Shown here in pieces: positions 28,467-41,041 of a stretch of DNA of 64,000 nucleotides. Within the stretch, counting starts at the first letter, position 1. Each line of letters begins with the position of its first letter. Origin of the DNA: Octopus vulgaris (lineage: Eukaryota); NCBI GenBank assembly GCA_951406725.2, contig OX597818.1:104780001-104844000 (forward strand), read 5' to 3'. Made by a program: the position numbers and the translations under genes. A model generated the notes under the pieces. The model did no database searches. It was not told where the DNA came from and saw nothing but the letters and a program-made list of their open reading frames with translations.

Positions 28467-28721
28467 ATAAAGGAATTTTGTTAAATCGTCGTTCGACTCC
28501 ATTCTTTCATTTATCTATAAAAAAAACACAAATTTCCACACGAAAGCACGTGATTTCTGCCCTTGGCATGTAGTTTCAACCGTGCTTTCTGACGTAAATT
28601 TGCAACCCGGGTATCGGTTAACCGAATTATCCATACTAGGATAATTCATTCAACTACTTAAACATATATATATATAAATATATATATATATACATATACA
28701 TATATATATATATGCATATAT

Positions 28722-29132
28722 ACTCTTTACTCTTTTACTCTTTTACTTGTTTCAGTCATTTGACTGCGGCTATGCTGGAGAACCGCCTTCAATCGAGCAA
28801 CTCGATCCCGGGACTTATTCTTTTGTAATAATATTCTATCGGTCTCTTTTGCCGAACCGCTAAGTAACGGGGACATAAACACACCAGCATCGGTTGTCAA
28901 GCAATGCTAGGGGGACAAACACAGACACACAAACACACACACACACATATATATATATATGCATATATACGACGGGCTTCTTTCAGTTTCCGTCTACCAA
29001 ATCCACTCACAAGGCTTTGGTCGGCCCGAGGCTATAGTAGAAGACACTTGCCCAAGTTGCCACGTAGTAGGACTGAACCCGGGACCTTGTGGTTGGTAAA
29101 CAAGCTACTTACCACACAGCCACTCCTGCGCC
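28722..29132 (-). mobile_element. SINE family A
   Basis: Full-length reverse copy. Confidence 0.9.
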
Positions 29133-29168
29133 TATATACAAAACATATATATATATAGCGACGTTAAC

Positions 29169-29214
<46 letters not shown>

Positions 29215-29691
29215 CCGTCAACATCAATACTTATATTTCCGTTTGTGTGTATTGCAATATATATACCCAACTGTACACGTGCCTAGTCTATTCATTTCTG
29301 GGTTTGTTTCTTTTCTGGTTGGCGTTAATTTTTTTTGGTTCATAATAAGAATGACTGTTTGTAAATTAACTTTCCTTTATTATATTTCCACACAAAACTC
29401 TAAAGATTCTTATGTCTTCTTAGATCACCATTTCATTATATGTCCACATCAATAGTTTTGTCGTTCTTTGCTCTTCTTTTTTTTCAGTTTTCTTTTTTCT
29501 TTCTGTTTTGTGTAGCATTTGATGTCTTCACTTTTTGTTCCGTCTGTATTTATCCAAAATTTATTATTCTCATCATCGCATCCTCACTAACATCGTATCC
29601 CCATGTCCATAATCACCGTCGCCATAGTCGTCGTTGTCGTCGACATGACTGATAATGTTGTCATTCTTCTTGTTGCTATTGTTGTTATTAT

Positions 29692-29728
<37 letters not shown>

Positions 29729-30065
29729 ATTCCTGCTACTGGTATTTCTATTCTATTATTTTTCTCTCTCATACGACTAAGGTGTAAACTTGTAAGAGTT
29801 GAGTGTATGTCACCGTCCGTTCTATGAAGCAGTACACACCTTACGGATGTTGCACATGAACGTTTTACGCTTACTTCCGCTTAAATATTCTTCACTTAAC
29901 ACAATAGTGTTGTATGACTGATTTGAATTGTTAATATGTTTTTCCTGTAACGTTTTATAAGATGTTTTTCAGGGTTTTATTATTCACAAGAAAAGACATT
30001 CATGAATTAATTCATCCACGTAAAACATCTATTGTCATTTCGCTATTAGCACACCTAGGCATTCA

Positions 30066-30121
<56 letters not shown>

Positions 30122-30648
30122 TATATACACTTGCATAGATAAGTATGTTCCTAAGAGTATATATATATGGAAATATATAAGTATATATATATATATACAT
30201 ATATATATATAGATACATATATATACATGTATATATACACACACACATATGCATATACATGTATGCATGCATACGCATTTAAATATATATATATATATAC
30301 ATGTATGTATGCATATATATATATATATATATATATGCATACATGTGTGTATGTAGATATATATATGCATATATATGTACATAGCTCCTTATATACGTGT
30401 GTGTGTATAGGAAGACAGGCATAGACATAGTGATGTGGTTACAGGAAAATATATGCTTAATACATTCAGAGAAACTACATAGAATACATATATATATATA
30501 TACGCACGCACACACACGCGCACATATATATATATGTGTATGTGAGAGAGAGAGAGAGAGAGAGAGAGTATGGTTAGGGTGGAAGTGAACATATAAGTAT
30601 ATATAAATACTTAGGTATTTATATATATATGTATATATATATATATAC

Positions 30649-30691
<43 letters not shown>

Positions 30692-30841
30692 AACCAAATA
30701 CAATTTTACAGCTATATAAGCATTATATATACATGAAATATATATGACATGATAAGTATGTGTCTTTATATAAACGTACATAGATGCGTGTACACACATA
30801 TTTATATATATATATACTTACTTGCATATACAAGCATGGGT

Positions 30842-30926
<85 letters not shown>

Positions 30927-31258
30927 CACTCAAATAGAGGGACAGACAGTCAGACAGACACAACAGCAAGATAGGCTGCCAAACGAGCGTACAACAGTCG
31001 GACGGACGAAGGCAGACATTTTGTACACACATTCTCTTTGACTTCATATATTGTCCTCTGTCGTTTTGTGCATGTAAAGAAAGGCCGGTATTTTGTTTTC
31101 CCCTTACACACACACACACACTACCACCACCACCACCAGACAACCACTCACGCATACATATATATGTATGCATATACATATATATACAGAAACATATATA
31201 TATACGCACACACACACAAAGCACATATATATTATACAGTATATATATATAGAGTAAA

Positions 31259-31503
31259 TGCGCCTTTTTAAAGCCTACCCAGGCTCATGGGCCAGGTTTC
31301 CCGGTTTTTATGGCGTATGTGTTCCCCAGCTGGACGGGACGCCAGTCCATTGCAGCGCTATTCATTTTTGCCAGCTGTGTGGACTGGAGCAATGTGAAAT
31401 GAAGTGTTTTGCTCAAGAACACAACGCGTCACCCGGTCCAGGGTTCGAAACCACACTCTTACGATCATGATGCAGACACCCTAACCACTAGGCCACGCAC
31501 CTC

Positions 31504-31505
<2 letters not shown>
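31259..31505 (-). mobile_element. SINE family D (tRNA-like head ggaggtgcgtggcctagtggttagggtg)
   Basis: A-box and B-box-like segments on the minus strand. Related copies at 21250, 43045 and 48920. Confidence 0.75.
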
Positions 31506-31556
<51 letters not shown>

Positions 31557-31606
31557 TATACATAAACATATACATATGTGTGTGCGTGTGTATGTGTGTG
31601 TTTGTG

Positions 31607-31658
<52 letters not shown>

Positions 31659-33420
31659 TAGATTATTATTATTATTATTATTATTATCATCATCATCATC
31701 ATCCTCATCATCCGCTGATAGTGTTATGTCTACTACTGAAATGGAAATAAGACAAATAAGACTCGCAAAAAACTAGCTCTGTTCACTATTTCCAAATACT
31801 GCAAGAGAAACAGAGAGCGAAGAAGGGATAAATACATTGTTATACATTTCTGAAAGATCTTAGAAGGATTATGCAAGTCGTCAAATCAGGTGACCAAAAT
31901 TGTATTTCTCTAGCGTGGGTTGCGACTACATTCCTATTACTCTCAACGTTGCAAGTTTTCTTTAATAAAATTCCTATGGAAAAATAAGCTATTAGTTGTG
32001 GTACACACGTTAAGCACACTTAGACAATCTGTTAAGTTACGAAATGAAACTACAGATAATGACAGCATCAGTGATGAATTATTAATAATTTCTCTAATTA
32101 TCGAGCAGAAAGCATGTTGATGTCACTTCGCCGGCAGTTGTATGTTGGGAAAGTTGAAAGCAGGAAAACAGAGTGAACGTGCACAATACATGTGTGTGTG
32201 TGTTTCAGATATTTAAGTGATCTTTGGACCTTGAGGCATCAGAAATGTATTTCCACCTCTTGTTAGAGAAAGTAGATTATTCGACGTCTAATTCAGATTT
32301 TTGAATAAATCGTACCAAAATCTTCCAGAATTATATTTCTGTGTAATTTATAATTCCTTCGTTCCTTATTTCTCTCACAATAGCTTAAATGATAAATAGA
32401 GCTAATTCCTTCGAACAAGACCGTGTCGTAGCAACAGATATAACATTACGAAAGGATCATCATCATCATCATCATCATCATCTTCATCATCATGTCTTTT
32501 CTTTGTTACAATTTGTACGAGCTGCACCCAAGTCTCAACCAGAAACATCAAAGGACAGGGATTTGCATTTCCTGATACAGGCAAGAAAGGTGCCATAAAA
32601 TTGAAATATCGATGTTTGCTTTAAAAAAAAAGTGTTTTAAAAATCCTTTTCATAGAATTTATTGTAAAACTTTATTACCGCTATTGTCATCCAAGCAACA
32701 GTCTTTGAAATCTGCTCCTAAGTTTATTGTTTTCATTTGTATACTTAAAAGGCCCGCTTTCTTGATAGTTCTCTCTTCTTTTCTTTTTTGCGTTTTTACT
32801 TTTTTTTTGTTTTCTCTTTTGTTATTTAGCCGACCAGGTTTCTGGAGAGTTGGACGGTTTCCGCATATATTAGCCTTTGGGGAATATTTTATTTTTGAAA
32901 AGAAAATTAAATATTTTTAAAAAGTATTGTGTTTAGGGAAGGGAAGAGTGACAGTGGTTGTCTGAAAGAGTTGCTATGAACAAAATGTTACATGCTCTCC
33001 TCTTCCTATCACCTCTGTGAACACAAATACACGTAACAATGATGACGACGACGGCGACAACAAAAACAGCAAAATCGACTGCAAAGAATTCCAATAGGAA
33101 AGGTCAAGTGGCACAAGAAGACAATATCAAGAAAACACTAACCTCGCAACTACCACGCGATAATAACCACAATTCAAGGTCAACTCAAATTCAAGCAGTT
33201 GTTATGGCAACACCACCGCCACGACTTACACTACAAAAACAGATAACCGTCAGCTCAAAAGCAGCCTTTTTAACAACCTACAATTCCACAACCATCATCT
33301 CCTCTGCAATGGCCGGATCTATTAACTGTTGTGAGCAATAGCAGAAGCAATGCCTTCAAGAGGAAAGTTAGGGTGACTGGGGTCTTGTAAGGTTCCTTTG
33401 ACTGGTCCTAAGCTAATGTA

Positions 33421-33651
33421 CCTATTTCTTTACTACCTACAAGGGGCTAAACACAGAAAGGACAAACAAGGACAGACATAGGTATTAAGTCGATTACATC
33501 GACCCCAGTGCGTAACTGGTACTTAATTTATCGACCCCGAAAGGATGAAAGGCAAAGTCGACCTCGACGGAATTTGAACTCACAACGTAACGGCAGCCGA
33601 AATACCGCTAAGCATTTCGTCCGGCGTGCTAACGTTTCTGCCAGCTCGCCA
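33421..33651 (-). mobile_element. SINE family B (head ggcgagctggcagaa..., core gcctttcatcctttcggggtcgat)
   Basis: Flanked by a ~15-bp TSD taagct(a/g)atgtacct. Related copies at 39765 and 63778. Confidence 0.88.
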
Positions 33652-34076
33652 TAAGCTGATGTACCTTATATTGGGAAATTTTGTTTACTCGAATTTTAGT
33701 ATAACTTTTTTTGGTTACCCTTATTTTTAGCAGTCTTGCCCAATGAAAATAGCCTCGCAGGTGCGTCGAGGACTCAACAACAAACATTTAATAATAGTGA
33801 TTGTAACTTACGTGCGTGAAACTCCGGCTAACAATGGCGTGAATAATCAATTAATTCATGATAAATATAAACTTTATACCATCACTAAGTGCTCTTTTCT
33901 TTCATTCGTAAATTTAAATGTACATATACTATATATATATATGTGTGTGAGTGTGTGTGTGTGTACATGTATATATATACATATATACACACACATATAT
34001 ATATACATATACTTAAATATATGTGTGTGTATGTATATATGTATATATATATACATATATATATATATTTATATAC

Positions 34077-34138
<62 letters not shown>

Positions 34139-35150
34139 TGCGTGTGTTGATTAGTGGGAAAATATCTCGATTTAAATAAGGTAAAAAAAAAAGGAAATTA
34201 AGGTGTAAATATTTTTCCTATAAATTATCGTTCTATTTTCTTTGCTAAGTTTCTGCTTTATTTGGTTTCATTTTAACTTATTTAAGGATTTTTGTCTTTT
34301 ATTTTTTGTGGTGGATGGGAAGGAAATGTTATTGTTATTTTATTTTAATTTGCTTCTGGAAGAAGGTGGTTTGTTTGTTACAATTCGCTGGTGATTCTTT
34401 TGGGGTTTTTATTTTTATTTTCTCAGCAAATAAACACCAAGACGGATTTTGTTCTTGTTGTTGCTACTCTTCACTTGTTTCAGTGCTTTATCTATTTCTC
34501 TCTCTCTCTCTCTCTCTCTCCCTCTCTCTCTTTCCGTTTTAGCCTTTATTTCCTCTTCTTGAATTAAGAATGGTTTTGTTACAAGGTGTGAACATTTGAG
34601 GTAACATCAAGTTTGTAAACATCGTAATCATTATCATCACCATTAAATCATTCTCAGTAACATCATCACCATTACCATCAACATCATCATTATCATCAAC
34701 ATCATCCTCATCATTGTTCTTAGTATCGTCGAGATTTCTCAACTTGCACTCTACCGGCGTAAAAAAGGAAATGACAAGAGGTATTATGTTGTCCAAGATA
34801 CACTATGCCAAAAAAACAAAAGACGGAATGGCTACAGCTGGAACATCTGTAATAATATGTCTGCTGGGTCAGACTTGATTCAGACTAAGTAAAAATAACA
34901 TGATTTTTGCTTGATTTATACATTTGACCTTGTTTGTTTACAAATGTCTGAACTCAACATAAATATTTATTCACTGCATCTATCATTTCTCATACATGTC
35001 AATCATCTGCTAACGTATTGTCTGATTTTTTTAATAATTGGAGTAAACTATGTTTTATCTTCCAAGTATTTCCCTTCTTGTTTCTGTTATTGCTTTTCTT
35101 TTTCCTCCGGTGTGAGTAACAGTTATATATTTGGGGAATGTGGTAAATAG

Positions 35151-35266
35151 CTATAGGCATAGGAGTGGCTGTGTGGTAAGTAGCCATAGGTGTAGGAGTG
35201 GCTGTGTGGTAAGTAGCCATAGGTGTAGGAGTGGCTGTGTGGTAAGTAGCTTGCTAACACACATGC
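35151..35266 (+). mobile_element. SINE family A head, with its 33-bp start triplicated; interrupted by the element at 35271
   Basis: (cataggtgtaggagtggctgtgtggtaagtagc) x3. The rest of the SINE resumes at 37514. Confidence 0.85.
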
Positions 35267-35270
35267 GCAG

Positions 35271-35307
35271 TTAGTCAGTTGCTTCCTGTTCAGCCAGAGT
35301 AGACGTG
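35271..35307 (+). promoter_or_regulatory. Putative internal Pol II promoter (Inr-like TTAGTC/TCAGTT plus downstream AGACGTG)
   Basis: Motifs lie at the element's 5' end, with AGACGTG 24-28 nt downstream of the Inr-like A. This resembles LINE internal promoters. Confidence 0.45.
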
Positions 35308-35955
35308 AGTCAACCAGCTCCGTCCAATTAAAGAAAAAAGACCAAAAACGGAATTTGTCGAGGTAAGTGATTTTGTTTATTGTGAGTTGGGCATAATTTA
35401 TTGCGTGCCAATTATTATTTCAGTAAGTTGTGTCCAACTCTGAGACAATTTCGCCTGCTCTCGGCGGCTGCCGTTTTTGTGTTCATTGAAAAAAAAAGAA
35501 AAAACAGTGGAGGGGCGTATCCTCGGAATTCAATACAGTTACTGTTAAAATTACCGTTGGCGGTAGCCAGTGCTGTGTTTGGGTTTGTTGAATTTATTCC
35601 CTTGTCAGAGTACTTCGCAAGAAAATTATAAAAATAAGCCACTATTGGATTACCTTTCGGACCCATTTTTGTGGAGGTTGTGTTGCAGTTGCGGCGTTCC
35701 AGGTTCAACCCAGGCCGGGAGTACCGCAAGGCCAGAATATTTTTGCTGTGTTTTTTCTGTTTATTAACTTTCTTTTGAACTTCATTTAACCCCCCCCCTT
35801 TTGTTTTTTTCTTTATTGCGACTTTCCGTTGATTTCTTCCCTTCTGTTGTGCTTTGTCCTTTTTGTTTTTTCAAAAATCTATCAAATTTTATTTGGACTT
35901 TTGAACTTTTTTCTTCTTGCTTTTTGAGTTTAATTTGAATATATTTAAAAAAAAC

Positions 35956-36672
35956 ATGGCAATGAAAAATAACAAAATTTTGGAGTGGAAAATCATACCA
36001 CCTAAAAAGTGGTTAAAAGACCGTGAAGATAGGACGGTGGTGTTGAAAACCTACTCCAAGGCACTCGACACCATCGCCCTATTCGAAAAGACGGCAATTG
36101 AAAAGGAGTTGGAAGAGTATTTGCCAACAATTAAATTCATTTCCAGGGGTGTCAAATATGCAACGGTGTGGTTGCTATTTGACACCCCTGAAGAGGCTTG
36201 CAAATTTGCTAGCAAACCCCTGGAGGGTAAGGAAATCTTATTCCTGCCCACGTACAAAAAAAAGAAATTGATGAAAGCTTGGATCTGCGGGCTGCCACCC
36301 GACATAGAACTCGAGTGGATAGAGGAGACTATCCGCCGGGTTCTGGGTGGCAGCGAAACTAAGCTCCTTAATGTAAAAGTTCTTCCTGCGGCTGCTTGGG
36401 TTGGGTCAAAAGCAATTTTGACCCTGTGGACCCAATCAGCCAATCTGGTTCTTCCAGATTTTTTGAAAATGGCCGGGTGCAGGTACCCGGTGATGCTTGA
36501 GGGTCGCTCCCCTAAGTGTCATCGGTGCTTGGAGTCCGGCCACATAAAGAAGAACTGTCCCCGGGAACAAAATAGGATCCCGGAACAGTTAAGTAAAACC
36601 CCTCTAGAAGAGGGAATGATAGCGGCCGAGAAAGCAGAGGACTCCTCAAACAGAGGCCGAAGAGGAAGGTGA
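35956..36672 (+). CDS. ORF1/Gag-like nucleic-acid-binding protein with CCHC knuckle; probably continues by frameshift into 36669-37196
   Basis: Aligns by eye with ORF1 of the LINE at 3002-3550, for example FISRGVKYATVWLLF vs YINWGPQFNTVVVRF, and MLEGRSPKCHRC vs VAEGKKPRCYN*. Confidence 0.75.
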   Translation: MAMKNNKILEWKIIPPKKWLKDREDRTVVLKTYSKALDTIALFEKTAIEKELEEYLPTIKFISRGVKYATVWLLFDTPEEACKFASKPLEGKEILFLPTYKKKKLMKAWICGLPPDIELEWIEETIRRVLGGSETKLLNVKVLPAAAWVGSKAILTLWTQSANLVLPDFLKMAGCRYPVMLEGRSPKCHRCLESGHIKKNCPREQNRIPEQLSKTPLEEGMIAAEKAEDSSNRGRRGR

Positions 36673-37513
36673 GCAACAATGGGTGCTCACCAAAGGATAA
36701 TAGGGATGAGGAGAGGAAGGCGAATCTTCCGGCCACGGAGGAGACGCACCCTCCCTCAGTTGAAAAGGGAAAAAAAGAGAAAAAGAGGAAGAAAAATGGG
36801 ACATTGCCGGCTGTCAGTGACATAGCACCGGAATGTCCCGGAACTACGTCGGTTGGGGTTGTGCCACCGACAAGAGAAGGAATACCGTTGGCGGGAACTG
36901 TGCCGCCAACGAAAGAACTGAACGTATTGGTCCTCTTCTATAGAGGAGGCGAAATTGAAAAGGTGATGGAAGAGCACCACAAGGGAGCACCTTTAGCCTT
37001 CACACAGGACCCCGAATGGCCTCCGCAGGTAGCTGTGGAGGCCGTGGCGTTCGACGTGACGCTTGGGCTAAAGGAGCTCAATGAAGATTATAACTTGGTC
37101 CCGGGCGACGCAAACTCGGAACTTGATTACGTTCTGAGGGAGGCGTGGTTGATGGTGGAGGGCGCGGGCACAAGCTATTTCGAGGACGATATGTAATTAT
37201 TGAACTGTTATTATTAGTAATGGACTACTAAGTTCAAAAATTGAAAAATTGTAAGAGGTTTAATACCTCGTTTTGTAATAATGGACTGCTAAGTCCAAAA
37301 ATTTGAAAAATTGTAAGAGGTTTAATACCTCGTTTTGTGTTTATCTTTAAAAAGAACAATGTTTTAGAGAAGCGAAAGTCGGCGGGCGCTTTTTGTCTTC
37401 TCCCATCCTTATCATCTTTCTTTCATTATCATTCACTTCATTAATGTCCTCGTCCAGCCCGCAAAGCTAACTTAATCTGTGTACTGCCTTTATGGCAAAT
37501 GTTTTGAAATAAA

Positions 37514-37660
37514 GTAGGTTGCTTATGAGGCACAATGTTCCGGGTTCAGTCCCACTGCGTGACACCTTGGGCAAGTGTCTTCTACTATAGCCTCGGACTG
37601 ACCAAAGCCTTGTGAGTGGATTTGGTAGACGGAAACTGAAAGAAGTCTGTCGTTTATACG

Positions 37661-37706
<46 letters not shown>

Positions 37707-37717
37707 ACGTTTATACG

Positions 37718-37766
<49 letters not shown>

Positions 37767-37990
37767 AGTATGTATGTGTGCGTATATATGTTTGTATGTC
37801 TGTGTTTGTACCCCCAACATCACTTGACAACAGATGCTGGTGTGTTTACGTCCCCGTAACTTAGCGGTTCGGCAAAATAGACCGATAGAATAAGTACTAG
37901 GCTTACAAAGAATAAGTCCTGGGGTCGATTTGTTCGACTAAAGGCGGTGCTCCAGCATGGCCACAGTCAAATGACTGAAACAAGTAAAAG
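37514..37990 (+). mobile_element. SINE family A, remainder of the copy begun at 35151
   Basis: Begins gtaggttgctta...gttccgggttcagtcccactgcg and runs to the family tail. Confidence 0.88.
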
Positions 37991-39400
37991 ATAATGGGAT
38001 ATCTGTCTGAGACAGATATCCCATTATTTCTGTCGTCGGGATTTATCTCAGGTCAAGAGAGTCAACTCTCACCGATGTGGTTCATCTTTCTGTAAATAGG
38101 CAACTTGAATGGAGTACAGCTCGCAGCTCCAAGAAATAGAACTTTATATTGAACAAATGTTTCGCTTAACTTTCAGTAATGAGAAGGAGATATCCTTTTG
38201 GGTCGAACTATGACACAATAAAAAAAGACACACAGCTTTGATTCACGTTGATACTTTTTAATGAGAATGATCACCACCCATGTAAATGATATTTTTTCTT
38301 ATAACTTCATTTCATTTTGAAAATGAACACTCTGATTTGTTTATTTTAATGGTCATCAATCTATACAGTGAGTTTATTGCCTTAGGTCTCGGGAAGGCAC
38401 TCAGCAAGAAGTGAATCAAACTTGGAAGAAGAAAAAAACTAATAATTATATCTTAGACACAAAGCCATCAATTTTAAATGGAATAATTAGCTGATTAAAT
38501 TGATTTTAGTATTTGACTGGTACTTTATTTTACCGAGCCCCCAGAGATGAAAGGAAAGGCTGACTTCGGTGGAATTTGAACACAGAATCTACAGCCAGAA
38601 ACAAGGCCACAAGACATTTTAACTATGCTCTGACGGATCTGCTAATCCAGTGTTTTGATCCCTTGGCATTAAAACTGTTTTATATTCAAACTGATCAGAT
38701 CCGACCTCTCACCCCTACCCTACACTATCATGTTGAAATTACATAATCGCAATTCACATCATCCAATTTCGAAGCTACGAGATAAAGCGTGATTAATTTA
38801 AAACAATGTGAATAAATAAGCATTTCGTTTGACAGGGTAATCTGAATGTTCAAGGTTAAGGCGTAATATAAGAATAAGAACGAAGGAATGAGCAATAATT
38901 AAAACATGACACCTGTAGGAGATTTGAAAACATGCGAGTATCTATTTACAGGTAAAACAATACTTCATCCACGCGGCCCACATGCTTCCATAGCTAAGCG
39001 ACAATTCTAATTTGTTCAATGCTTCAACACAGTGGATTTTTAAGCTACTGTTGTTGTTGTTGTCGTTGTTATTGTGTCGTTGTTTTTCGCTTTCTCCGCA
39101 GCTGACGATAAATTGGTTACGTTAGAGACATTATTGGTTATTAAATGCTTCATTTCAACGTGTGAAGGTGTCGACATAAATATTTGAAAATTCAAAGGAA
39201 ATTGCTCAAGCAAGAAACCAATCAAGTGAGTACTATTTATACTTTCATCATCATCATCGTCATCATCGTCGTTGTCCAGAGTGACTTGCCTAGACCAGCG
39301 CAATTTGTCCACGCCTGATGTCCCGATCAAGCGATGAGATATGAATATCAACCTTGGGTTTTAGTTATCTTGAAATAACCCATCGGAGTACGCCACCACT

Positions 39401-39556
39401 ACAGACAATAGACCTGCTATTGTCTGCACGACAGACGATAGGCCTGCTAGCGTCTGCACGACAGACGATAGACCTGCTATCGTCTGCACGACAGACGATA
39501 GTAGATGCCTACTGTATTAGGTACCTACGGTAGTAGGCACAGACGATAGACCTGTA
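39401..39556. repeat. 30-bp tandem repeat of hairpin units (3 full copies plus partials)
   Basis: Unit acagacgatagacctgctatcgtctgcacg, with a 10-bp stem and 5-nt loop. Confidence 0.85.
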
Positions 39557-39764
39557 CCTACTATCTGAACTAGTTGATCCTGGCCGTAGACCGTTACCTT
39601 TTCACCTGCTCAGCATCTAGGGATATTTGCCATTAACTCAATAAGCTCATCTACCGAAATAGTTCACATCCACCATGTTGCATCTCTGATTTGAACACAC
39701 CTTGGCCCAGGTCGTTACATGCTGTTTAACCTATAGCTGGGACCTTAATAGGTATTAGTACTAA

Positions 39765-40360
39765 GACGGCGAGCTGGCAGAATCGTTAGCACGCCGGGCG
39801 AAATGCTTAGCAGTATTTCGTCGGCCGCTACGTTCTGAGTTCAAATTCCGCCGAGGTCGACTTTGCCTTTCATCCTTTCGGGGTCGATTAAATAAGTACC
39901 AGTTACGCACTGGGGTCGATATAATCGACTTAATCCGTTTGTCTGTCCTTGTTTGTCCTCTCTGTGTTTGGCCCCTTGTGGGTAGTAAAGAAATAGGTAT
40001 TTCATCTGTCTTTACGTTCTGAGTTCAAATTCAGCCGAGGTCCACTTTGCCTTTTGTGCTTTCGTGGTCAATAAATTAAGTACCAGTTGCGTACTCAGAT
40101 CGATTTAATCGACTGGCCCCCTCCCCCAAAATTTCGTGCCTTGTGCATAGAGTAAAAATAAGAATCTTTAGCACGCTGGGTAAAATGCTTAGCAGTATTT
40201 CGTCCGTCTTCACGTCTTGAGATCAAGTTCCGCCAAGAACGATTTTGCCTTTCAGCCCTTTCGGGGTTGATGAAATAAGTACCAGTTTAACACTGAGGTT
40301 GATCTAATAGACTTATCCTTCCTTCGAAATTGCTGGCCTTGTGTCAAATTTTAAAACAAT
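39765..40360 (+). mobile_element. SINE family B cluster (one full copy and two partial copies)
   Basis: The core gcctttcatcctttcggggtcgat..aagtaccagtt recurs three times with divergence. Confidence 0.85.
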
Positions 40361-40632
40361 ATTATAATGCGATCAGAGATAATACTGTGATAACTTTTGA
40401 ATAACAATATTATTTCCAGTTAGCATTTCAGTGTTTTCATGCATTAAATATGTTGACATTACTTTAACCCATAGCTTCTCAAAGTGGACTCTACTGCCCC
40501 CTGGTGGCCGTTGAGAGTGTCCAGGTGGGCGCTGGTTTCTAAGGGGCGGTGCTGTGAGGTTGTAGAGAAAAAGGAAACATTGGGAGGAAGGAAGTGGATT
40601 GGGGAGTATGAATTTATAACATTATTATAGTA

Positions 40633-40789
40633 GGCGCAGGAGTGGCTGTGTGGTAAGTAGCTTGCTTACCAACTACATGGTTCCGGGTTCATTCCCACTG
40701 CGTGGCACCTTGGGCAAGAGTCTTCTACTATCGAGCCGACCAAAGCCTTGTGAGTTGACTTGGTGGACGGAAACTGAAAGAAGCCCGTC

Positions 40790-40830
<41 letters not shown>

Positions 40831-41041
40831 TGTGTATATGTTTGTGTGTCTGTGTTTGTCCCCCACCATCGCTTAACAATCGACGGTGGTGTGTTTACGT
40901 CCCCGTAACTTAGCGGTTCGGCAAAAGAGACCGATAGAATAAGTACTAGGCTTCCAAAGAATAAGTCCTGGGGTAGATTTGCTCGACTAAAGGCGGTGCT
41001 CCAGCATGGCCGCAGTCAAATGAATGAAACAAGTAAAAGAG
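40633..41041 (+). mobile_element. SINE family A
   Basis: Full-length copy. Confidence 0.9.

Larger units (their letters stand above)
26600..28662 (-). mobile_element. Penelope-like element (Naiad-like), 5'-truncated, with inverted terminal repeat, inside (TA)n
   Basis: RT and GIY-YIG on the minus strand. 26600-26668 is the inverted copy of about 28446-28513. (TA)n or (GA)n flanks. Confidence 0.9.
35271..37513 (+). mobile_element. ORF1-only (RT-less, HAL1-like) non-autonomous L1/Tx1-type retroelement
   Basis: Inr/DPE-like 5' end, long 5'UTR, Gag-like ORF with CHRCLESGHIKKNC, 3'UTR ending in AATAAA. No APE or RT. It splits a SINE. Confidence 0.75.

Noticed and set aside
38656-38858. Possible piggyBac-like MITE
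   Set aside because: The termini are too degenerate to support from this window alone.
39401-39556. CRISPR-like palindromic repeats
   Set aside because: The units are directly adjacent with no unique spacers, there are no cas genes, and the context is eukaryotic.
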